Under the pieces are notes generated by a model, which worked only from the letters and a program-made list of their open reading frames with translations, did no database searches and had not been told where the DNA came from. DNA of 64,000 nt from a virus. The stretch lies in IMG/VR virus record IMGVR_UViG_3300027659_000010; one strand, given 5' to 3'. Below are positions 8,881 through 15,168 of the stretch, piece after piece. Both the position numbers and the translations under genes were made by a program. How positions within the stretch are numbered: position 1 is the first letter of the stretch; each line of letters begins with the position of its first letter.

Positions 8881-8909
8881 ATTATACGACAATTTTAGAC
8901 TCTTGTCAA
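8881..8909 (-). promoter_or_regulatory. sigma70-type promoter inside tRNA array
   Basis: TTGACA-17-TATAAT. Confidence 0.85.
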
Positions 8910-8917
8910 GAGTTTTT

Positions 8918-9001
8918 TGGTGCGAGTGGAGGGACTCGAACCCTCATGCCCTAAGACGGGAGATTTTAAATCTCCTGAGTATGCCATTTCTCCACACTCG
9001 C
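8918..9001 (-). tRNA. tRNA-Leu(TAA)
   Basis: cloverleaf, variable arm, CCA. Confidence 0.95.
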
Positions 9002-9006
9002 ATTCT

Positions 9007-9082
9007 TGGTGCTGCCTCCCCGGATCGAACAGGGTTCCTCGGATTTTCAATCCGTTGCTATGACCACATCAGCTAAAGCAGC
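9007..9082 (-). tRNA. tRNA-Phe(GAA)
   Basis: cloverleaf, CCA. Confidence 0.95.
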
Positions 9083-9490
9083 TTAGTCCACAGTAGTGTC
9101 AACTACCTCTACACTAACATCTTCGGAATAGTATCCATTACTGGAACCATACCATCGAACTGTTACACTACCTTTTCGTGTACGAAAACGATAGAATGTC
9201 CATGTGTATGATTCTTCGTATTCATTTAGTGGCCCAGCTTCATAGTTAGAAACTTCTTCAGCTTCTATTAATGGTGCTCCGACTAGGTCTTCAAGATCCC
9301 CACAGATGTCTTCTATGTAAACACTTTCACAACAGTTTTGATGATGTTGGAATCGTACATAGTTTGTCTTTGACAGATACAAAGTTAGTGTTTCGTCATC
9401 TGCTTCTGCCTTGTATAATGTTCGTCCTAGTAGTTCATCGAACTCTCGAACAGAACCTTTTAATGTGTTTAATGTTTTTATTTTTTCCAT
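9083..9490 (-). CDS. conserved phage hypothetical protein
   Basis: HHQNCCESVYIEDICGDL...SYTWTFY...RWYGSSNGYYSE, a common phage family. Confidence 0.75.
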   Translation of the reverse strand: MEKIKTLNTLKGSVREFDELLGRTLYKAEADDETLTLYLSKTNYVRFQHHQNCCESVYIEDICGDLEDLVGAPLIEAEEVSNYEAGPLNEYEESYTWTFYRFRTRKGSVTVRWYGSSNGYYSEDVSVEVVDTTVD

Positions 9491-9500
9491 AATAATTCCT

Positions 9501-9575
9501 TGGGGAGAATGATGGGAATCGAACCCACGCGACGAGAATCACAATCTCGGATGCTACCATTACATCACAGACTCC
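9501..9575 (-). tRNA. tRNA-His(GTG)
   Basis: G-1, C73, CCA. Confidence 0.9.
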
Positions 9576-9581
9576 ATTGAC

Positions 9582-9656
9582 TGGCACCACCGCCACGAGT
9601 CGAACGTGAACTTAAACTTTCGCAAAGTTTCGTGATATCCCTTTCACTACAGTGGT
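9582..9656 (-). tRNA. tRNA-Arg(GCG)
   Basis: AAACT-TTGCGAA-AGTTT, GCCA end. Confidence 0.85.
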
Positions 9657-9815
9657 ATCTTTTTCCAACACATCCTTACGCATAAGAAACATTCTAGAAT
9701 TTTCAGGACGATGAACAACTAGATATTCAACGTCGTCTATTCTTTCTACATTGCGAATGTTCTCGCAGATAACTCGCTCGTTGTTTAGACGATTTCGAAA
9801 TATAATAGGTTTCAT
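9612..9815 (-). CDS. small hypothetical protein (MKPIIFRNRLNNER...), 3' end overlaps tRNA-Arg(GCG)
   Basis: AAGGAG SD before ATG 9815. Confidence 0.6.
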   Translation of the reverse strand: MKPIIFRNRLNNERVICENIRNVERIDDVEYLVVHRPENSRMFLMRKDVLEKDTTVVKGISRNFAKV

Positions 9816-9832
9816 GCTGATCTCCTTTAATA

Positions 9833-9907
9833 TGGCCGGGCTTAGAGGAATCGAACCTCTACCTGCGGTTTCGAAGACCGTAATGATATCCATTTCACCA
9901 AAGCCCG
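9833..9907 (-). tRNA. tRNA-Arg(TCG)
   Basis: ACGGT-CTTCGAA-ACCGC. Confidence 0.9.
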
Positions 9908-9914
9908 ATAAAGT

Positions 9915-9988
9915 TGGCACGGGAACTAGGGCTCGAACCTAGAATGACAGAGTCAAAGTCTGTAGTGTTACCATTACACTATTCCCGA
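9915..9988 (-). tRNA. tRNA-Gln(TTG)
   Basis: cloverleaf, GCCA end. Confidence 0.9.
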
Positions 9989-9996
9989 ACAGAAAC

Positions 9997-10072
9997 TGGT
10001 CTCCCTACTAGGATTCGAACCTAGACCACACGGCCCCAAACCGCGGATGCAACCAGATAACACTTTAGAGAG
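9997..10072 (-). tRNA. tRNA-Pro(TGG)
   Basis: cloverleaf, CCA. Confidence 0.9.
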
Positions 10073-10077
10073 ATAAT

Positions 10078-10152
10078 TGGTGGAGGACCAGGGTATCGAA
10101 CCCTTGTAGTCATGAGTCTTGCAAGGACCCACCGCCGTCCTCGGCTTCCCCC
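10078..10152 (-). tRNA. atypical tRNA-Ala(TGC)-like
   Basis: G3:U70, D-arm with 4-nt loop, 7-bp anticodon stem, GTTCGA T-loop, ACCA. Confidence 0.7.
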
Positions 10153-10158
10153 AAATTT

Positions 10159-10233
10159 TGGTGGTAATGGAAAGAGTCGAACTTTCACTGGGCACCGTAT
10201 GAAGGTGTTGCACTACCGTTATGCTACATTACC
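10159..10233 (-). tRNA. tRNA-Met(CAT) (elongator or Ile2)
   Basis: loop TTCATAC, CCA. Confidence 0.85.
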
Positions 10234-10291
10234 ATATAGAAACACACTATGCCACGCTCTGAACCTGGACTCTTAGTAATGTGTTTTTATA

Positions 10292-10366
10292 TGGTAGGGG
10301 CACAGGGACTCGAACCCTGATAGACCGGTTAAAAGCCGGCTATTCTAGCCTTTGAATTATACCCCC
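10292..10366 (-). tRNA. tRNA-Lys(TTT)
   Basis: cloverleaf, CCA. Confidence 0.95.
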
Positions 10367-10369
10367 ATA

Positions 10370-10444
10370 TGGTCCCTCCGGGCAGACTTGAACTGCCAAC
10401 CAGCGGATTAAGAGTCCGTTGCGCTACCATTGCGCCACGAAGGG
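10370..10444 (-). tRNA. tRNA-Lys(CTT)
   Basis: cloverleaf, CCA. Confidence 0.95.
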
Positions 10445-10539
10445 ATGGATCGTAAATATTTTCTTTTACGTGCCATCCAGGACCATACGGGGTCTAGGAT
10501 GACACTAGAGTTTACCTCGTTTCATGTCATTCTCCGTTG

Positions 10540-11997
10540 TTAATATTTCTGAGTACTTAACTTTTTATCTTTGTAAGATTGTATTTTTGGCAGTGCAACC
10601 GCAAGGTCACCCTGGCTGAATTTAGCAGTTTCATTTAGTCTGTTGATTAGACCACCGTCAATCCCTATCGATGCAAGAGCCCAACAGTTAAATGTAAAAC
10701 CATTTTCTTTCTTAAACAGCTCACGCCACATTTTTTCTTGTAGATCCGTTGCTTGATTTATATTCATAAACTTGTTTTGCCAATGTAATACTGTAGAAGC
10801 AACCTTAGCATCCTGGTCCTCGTTAGATCGTATGATCGCATCATCCATCACGGTATAACCATATTTTTTATAGTCTATACTAATTTTAGATTGTGTGTCA
10901 AACTCTCCCGCTGGTATTTCTAAAACAAATGGAAGAAATGATTGTCCTCGCCAGTTTTCTTTTAACCAGTCAATTGTTCTTTCTATTTGTTCTACAGTAT
11001 CCCCTGGTAGACCTATAATAAAACTTATATTTCCCCGGTACAATCCCCGGTTCATAAAATAGTTTTTACTATCTATCAATCCTGCTTTTATCCTGTCAGG
11101 GTCCATGCCCTTACCGATAACTTTAACTGACTCTTTGTTAAAACTTTCTATACCATAATGGTGACCAAGAAATCCTAATCTAGCTAATTCTTCTTTTTCT
11201 TCTTTTCTAGCTATCATTAAGTCTGCCCTAATAAACCCACTAAACCAAGGACGAAATGGCAATAGTTGTGTTACATCAGCAAATTTGGTTATTTTTTCTG
11301 TTCGATCATTAAATGTTTCGTCGGATACATAGTAGTTAGTAACTCCAAACCTATCATAGGCATCCATAACTTGTATGTAGTAATCTAATGCATCTCTGCT
11401 GTAATCTCCTTTTACACCTAGTACAGGAAAGTTACAAAATGCACATCTAAACTTACAGCCTCGAGCAAACTCAATTCCTAACCACTCGTCGGGACTAATG
11501 TAGTCCCGGTCTTGATACTTTACCATTAAACTTTTCATTGGAAACGAAGGATACATTTCATTTCCGTTGATTAACTTTTTATTGAAAATAGAAAACTTTG
11601 GAAGTTCTCCGTTGCTAAAAAGCCATTTTAGCAAAACTAACAAAGCGTTTTCGCCGAAACCTTGAATGTAATAATCTATACACTTTGATTTGAACTGTGG
11701 AGCAACTCCTGAGCCTGATATTAAAACAACCCCAGGATACTCAATCTTCAACCATTCTGTAAAGTTTTCTAATTCTACACTCCACACCGAAAACATGTGA
11801 CCAAATCCTATAAATTTTGTGTCTTTATCGATTCTTGATCTAGACAGTTCTTTTAACTCATCTAAAGTCCAATATAAAGTATAATCGATAACCTCAGAGT
11901 CCCAATCATGTTCTCTAAGATAGTGTGCTATTCTGTATACACCTAAATTCCTTCCTAACTGGTTAGTTGAAACATTGAATAATAAACATTTATGCAT
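10540..11997 (-). CDS. B12-binding-domain radical SAM protein
   Basis: RGCKFRCAFC (CxxxCxxC), DETFN, GIES, IIGLPGDT; N-terminal Rossmann-like domain. Confidence 0.85.
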   Translation of the reverse strand: MHKCLLFNVSTNQLGRNLGVYRIAHYLREHDWDSEVIDYTLYWTLDELKELSRSRIDKDTKFIGFGHMFSVWSVELENFTEWLKIEYPGVVLISGSGVAPQFKSKCIDYYIQGFGENALLVLLKWLFSNGELPKFSIFNKKLINGNEMYPSFPMKSLMVKYQDRDYISPDEWLGIEFARGCKFRCAFCNFPVLGVKGDYSRDALDYYIQVMDAYDRFGVTNYYVSDETFNDRTEKITKFADVTQLLPFRPWFSGFIRADLMIARKEEKEELARLGFLGHHYGIESFNKESVKVIGKGMDPDRIKAGLIDSKNYFMNRGLYRGNISFIIGLPGDTVEQIERTIDWLKENWRGQSFLPFVLEIPAGEFDTQSKISIDYKKYGYTVMDDAIIRSNEDQDAKVASTVLHWQNKFMNINQATDLQEKMWRELFKKENGFTFNCWALASIGIDGGLINRLNETAKFSQGDLAVALPKIQSYKDKKLSTQKY

Positions 11998-12021
11998 TGT
12001 TTATTTAAATGATTAGGCTAC

Positions 12022-12097
12022 TGGAGTTTAATAAAACAGGATAGCATCTTTTTTCATTAAAAGTGAAATTGGATTTTTGCTGTTGCTATACTAAACT
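12022..12097 (-). ncRNA. armless tRNA-like RNA with Lys(UUU) anticodon stem-loop
   Basis: AGTTTAGTA/TATTAAACT stem + CCA; TAGCA/TGCTA; TTTCA-CTTTTAA-TGAAA. Confidence 0.5.
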
Positions 12098-12171
12098 TGG
12101 TTCCCAGAACAAGAATCGAACTTGTAATGACCGGTTATCAGCCGATTGTTATACCATTTAACTATCCGGGA
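12098..12171 (-). tRNA. tRNA-Ile(GAT)
   Basis: cloverleaf, CCA. Confidence 0.95.
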
Positions 12172-12175
12172 AAAT

Positions 12176-12265
12176 TGGTGGAAGCGGTGAGATTCGAACT
12201 CACGGACCCTTTCGAGCCGTCTGTTTTCAAGACAGGTGCAATAAACCGGACTCTGCCACACTTCC
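12176..12265 (-). tRNA. tRNA-Ser(TGA)
   Basis: long variable arm. Confidence 0.95.
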
Positions 12266-12273
12266 ATAAACTT

Positions 12274-12354
12274 TGGTACCCCTGCCCGGACTCGAACCGG
12301 GATACATAACACTCCTTTTGAGAGAGCTGCCTTTACCAATTTGGCCACAGGGGC
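12274..12354 (-). tRNA. tRNA-Leu(CAA)
   Basis: GCTCT-CTCAAAA-GGAGT. Confidence 0.9.
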
Positions 12355-12360
12355 ATTACG

Positions 12361-12452
12361 TGGTACCAGCGGAGGGAATCGAACCCTCTCAAGAACGCTA
12401 ATCTGGCGCTAAAAGGTTTATAAAACCTCTCTGACTACCAAGTCTCGCTGGC
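12361..12452 (-). tRNA. atypical tRNA with TAT anticodon (Ile-like), long variable arm
   Basis: 7/5 acceptor/T fold, D-arm GACT-TGGT-AGTC, 6-bp anticodon stem, ACCA. Confidence 0.75.
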
Positions 12453-12457
12453 ATTAT

Positions 12458-12535
12458 TGGAAGTGCGGGTGAGATTTGAACTCACGGTTTTAGAGTTTTG
12501 CAGACTCTTGCATTGGACCTCTCTGCCACCGCACT
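12458..12535 (-). tRNA. tRNA-Cys(GCA)
   Basis: U73, CCA. Confidence 0.95.
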
Positions 12536-12541
12536 ATAGAT

Positions 12542-12615
12542 TGGCTACCCACCAGGGACTCGAACCCCGACGAACAGTTTTGGAGACTGTCATGCTGCCA
12601 TTACATCAGTGAGTA
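12542..12615 (-). tRNA. tRNA-Trp(CCA)
   Basis: cloverleaf. Confidence 0.95.
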
Positions 12616-12620
12616 ATTCT

Positions 12621-12694
12621 TGGAGCGGGTAGCGAGAATCGAACTCGCGAATAAACCTTGGCAAGGTTTCAGGTTACCATTACATCATACCCGC
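12621..12694 (-). tRNA. tRNA-Gly(GCC)
   Basis: cloverleaf. Confidence 0.95.
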
Positions 12695-12700
12695 ATTATA

Positions 12701-12775
12701 TGGTACACGGTACGAGAATCGAACTCGTCTTTCCGCCTTGAAAGGGCAGCGTCCTAACCGATAGACGAACCGTGC
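12701..12775 (-). tRNA. tRNA-Glu(TTC)
   Basis: cloverleaf. Confidence 0.95.
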
Positions 12776-12782
12776 ATAATAT

Positions 12783-12858
12783 TGGCTCCCCAGCGTGGGA
12801 TCGAACCACGGACACCTTGATTAACAGTCAAGTGCAACTACCGCTGTGCTACTGGGGA
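12783..12858 (-). tRNA. tRNA-Asn(GTT)
   Basis: cloverleaf. Confidence 0.95.
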
Positions 12859-12864
12859 ATAAAC

Positions 12865-12940
12865 TGGCGCCTCGTAGGGGAGTCGAACCCCTGTGTTCCG
12901 CTAGACAGGCGGGCATAATAGACCGTTATATGAACGAGGC
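12865..12940 (-). tRNA. tRNA-Asp(GTC)
   Basis: cloverleaf, loop CTGTCTA. Confidence 0.9.
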
Positions 12941-12946
12941 AAAACT

Positions 12947-13034
12947 TGGTGGGGACTGAAGGAATCGAACCTAACCGCCAGCCACTCTGCAATTAAGGCA
13001 AGAGATTTACAGTCTCCCGCAGAGAACAGCCCCC
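12947..13034 (-). tRNA. atypical D-arm-less tRNA-Tyr(GTA)-like
   Basis: 8-bp acceptor, GAGA-CTGTAAA-TCTC arm, GTTCGATTC T-loop, ACCA; no D-arm. Confidence 0.65.
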
Positions 13035-13260
13035 AAATCGAAAACACTCTCCATCGACTATGTCAACCTGTCCTTTCGATACATGAAAGTAGGAGAGTGT
13101 GTATTAAAGTACTCTAAACTACTTAGGCTGCCTGTTCGTAAAGAATACTTTAATACGCTACCATTTTTTTATCCACATAAGGATAAGCCATCCGGTAGGC
13201 CGCCCATTCGCCCATTTTAAGTGCGGGCTAGGATCTCGTTTCCTATCACACTCTTCGAAC

Positions 13261-13431
13261 TTAATGATCAGTGGACTCGAGAAGATTACTCTTCTTCAAA
13301 GCTTCTCTGAGCTTGTAGGCTCGGTCAAACTTATCTTGAATAAGTTTGCGTGTCTGTTCATCGGTTAAGGTATAAGCAGATACGTAAGCCTGTTCAACTT
13401 TTTTATTGTGTTCTATCTGTTCTCTATGCAT
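13261..13431 (-). CDS. small hypothetical protein (56 aa, MHREQIEHNKK...), first gene after the attenuator
   Basis: hand-translated; AAGGAG SD. Confidence 0.65.
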   Translation of the reverse strand: MHREQIEHNKKVEQAYVSAYTLTDEQTRKLIQDKFDRAYKLREALKKSNLLESTDH

Positions 13432-13444
13432 TTTTCTCCTTTAT

Positions 13445-13481
13445 AAAAACAAAAACCCCAGGGTGTTTATTCCTGGGGTCC
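13445..13481 (-). terminator. intrinsic terminator of the tRNA-operon leader
   Basis: ACCCCAGG-9nt-CCTGGGGT followed by TTTTGTTTTT. Confidence 0.85.
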
Positions 13482-13505
13482 TTTGAAGTAGCTGTGTATT
13501 TTCTG

Positions 13506-13649
13506 TTACACTAACATCTCCACGGACCCCGGCTGTAGCTCTGGTGTGCGATCATTAGATATACTATCAATCGCGAGCCAATATGAGGGCACAAAGCCTC
13601 CCATCTGGGCTAGGGATTTACAAGATCTATGTAATGATGCTGTTTTCAT
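13506..13649 (-). CDS. putative leader peptide (47 aa) of a tRNA-operon attenuator
   Basis: MKTASLHRSCKSLAQMGGFVPSYWLAIDSISNDRTPELQPGSVEMLV; 3' end contains GGGGTCC, complementary to the terminator 5' arm. Confidence 0.7.
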   Translation of the reverse strand: MKTASLHRSCKSLAQMGGFVPSYWLAIDSISNDRTPELQPGSVEMLV

Positions 13650-13699
13650 TGTCTTTTCATTTCCTTGAAAGTCACACACTGTTTCTAGTGCATGTGTTA

Positions 13700-13728
13700 A
13701 TTATACATGTATTTAGTCTCTGTGTCAA
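13700..13728 (-). promoter_or_regulatory. sigma70 promoter of tRNA operon (TAAATA in spacer)
   Basis: TTGACA-17-TATAAT. Confidence 0.85.
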
Positions 13729-13783
13729 CCTCTATTTGCACTTCTGGCAAAAAAGTTTTGACTCTTTGCTAAACATTACTGCT

Positions 13784-13812
13784 AGTATACGGTCTTTTTA
13801 TTTATGTGTCAA
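13784..13812 (-). promoter_or_regulatory. second tandem sigma70 promoter (TAAATA in spacer)
   Basis: TTGACA-17-TATACT. Confidence 0.8.
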
Positions 13813-13841
13813 CCTAGACCCGGCCTGTTTATGTGGCTTTT

Positions 13842-14087
13842 TTACAACAGATCATCCTGTGCGATCAGTAGATGCTTGCCGATTTCAAAGAGTCCGACTC
13901 CGCCTGGCAGGTCCAAGGCACTGACATGTATCTGCGCCACTCCATCTCGGTCGAGAGTACAGGCTACCATTTCTCGGATCTCGCCCTGTTCAATCAATTC
14001 TTTTACGTGGTTGATCACTTCGAGCAGTGATTGCTTGCGCTCTTCATCTTCTTTGCCCTTGGGATCAAATGTGTAAACGTTGTTCAT
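13842..14087 (-). CDS. hypothetical protein
   Basis: ORF coupled to clpP by ATGA overlap. Confidence 0.7.
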   Translation of the reverse strand: MNNVYTFDPKGKEDEERKQSLLEVINHVKELIEQGEIREMVACTLDRDGVAQIHVSALDLPGGVGLFEIGKHLLIAQDDLL

Positions 14088-14659
14088 AGCATTAAATGAT
14101 CCGCTACGCCGATTTCCACAGTTTCTTCTGCGGTAAGATAGACATCTGAGGCTGGCAACAATTTTTTCTTGATCACTGATGGTGCCAGTCCAGTGGCTGT
14201 TTTCAAAATAGATACCATGCGTTCATTGCAGCTGTCATTTTCTCGCATGGTGGCTTTGAGATCGTGATATTTATTGTCCATGCTTTCTGAAAATTGGTGG
14301 CACATGAAACTGGTGTTCTTGGCAGCGTATCTTTCACCGTGGGTGCCTGATGCAAAGATCAGAAATGCTGCGCTCATCACAGCACCTATGCCCACACAGC
14401 GTAGTTTATGGGGACTGGCTTGCATGACATCTATCAAGGCAAATGCCTGATAAAGATCTCCTCCGGCGGAGTTGATGTACAGAGTCAGAGTTTTTTCTTT
14501 GGCTACATCGAGATTTTCATAGATCAACCAGCGCACACATTCGCCCACAGAATCCTCGTTGATCTCACCGTTGAGGAAAAAGGTACTGGATTCCAGTAGT
14601 TTGAGATCAATCTGATCCTCAGCATTGAAATATTCTGATCGTTTCACTTTCTGCTCCAT
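14084..14659 (-). CDS. clpP: ClpP-family protease subunit
   Basis: LYINSAGG, GAVMSAA (catalytic Ser), FMCHQ, DVYLTAEE...G.AD. Confidence 0.85.
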   Translation of the reverse strand: MEQKVKRSEYFNAEDQIDLKLLESSTFFLNGEINEDSVGECVRWLIYENLDVAKEKTLTLYINSAGGDLYQAFALIDVMQASPHKLRCVGIGAVMSAAFLIFASGTHGERYAAKNTSFMCHQFSESMDNKYHDLKATMRENDSCNERMVSILKTATGLAPSVIKKKLLPASDVYLTAEETVEIGVADHLML

Positions 14660-14716
14660 GCGTATGCTTTACTTATCCTTAATATATTATAGCATGATTA
14701 ACTGCGTATATTATAG

Positions 14717-14986
14717 TCAAATATGCCAATTTTTGGAATCTGAATTCCAATGCCTGCGATCATAGACTTGGAATTCTACATTATAGCCCACTAGTCCAAT
14801 ACCCATGTGCAGCCCTGCATGGCTCTGTTTATGAGTGAATCTGATAAAAATATCTACTATGTCTGCACCCTTGTAGATCTGCAGTTCCCAAAATTTATTC
14901 CTAAAGACAGTAGATCCGTGCCAACATCTGATATTTTCAAATCTATCACTGCCAGGTATCCTGAGATTGAGCTGTAGGCTTATCAT
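14717..14986 (-). CDS. hypothetical protein
   Basis: ORF in coupled run. Confidence 0.6.
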   Translation of the reverse strand: MISLQLNLRIPGSDRFENIRCWHGSTVFRNKFWELQIYKGADIVDIFIRFTHKQSHAGLHMGIGLVGYNVEFQVYDRRHWNSDSKNWHI

Positions 14987-15168
14987 TCTGGCTGTTCTCG
15001 AAATCGTGTCAAAAAACTTTCTTCATAACAGCTGAATTCATTGGGCATGTGATCTTGGGGTTTTTCTGCTCGATAATATACCCAATCTTTGCCGTCTATA
15101 TTAGTGGTGCTAATCACCACAAATACTTTGCCGTCGCTGCCTGCCCACTTTGATCCCTGTTTCACCAT
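14983..15168 (-). CDS. hypothetical protein
   Basis: ORF with SD. Confidence 0.65.
   Translation of the reverse strand: MVKQGSKWAGSDGKVFVVISTTNIDGKDWVYYRAEKPQDHMPNEFSCYEESFLTRFREQPE

Noticed and set aside
9974-12348. ORF-track entries 9974..10213, 12091..12348 and 12097..12309 (also 5999..6271, 6668..6877)
   Set aside because: Shadow ORFs over tRNA genes.
5933-13034. Stop-codon recoding or suppressor tRNAs
   Set aside because: No CTA/TTA/TCA anticodons; conserved genes are intact in code 11 and TAG/TGA terminate ORFs normally.
13583-14076. Plus-strand ORFs 13583..13924 and 13804..14076
   Set aside because: Antisense to promoters, leader ORF and a real gene; no SD or recognisable motif.
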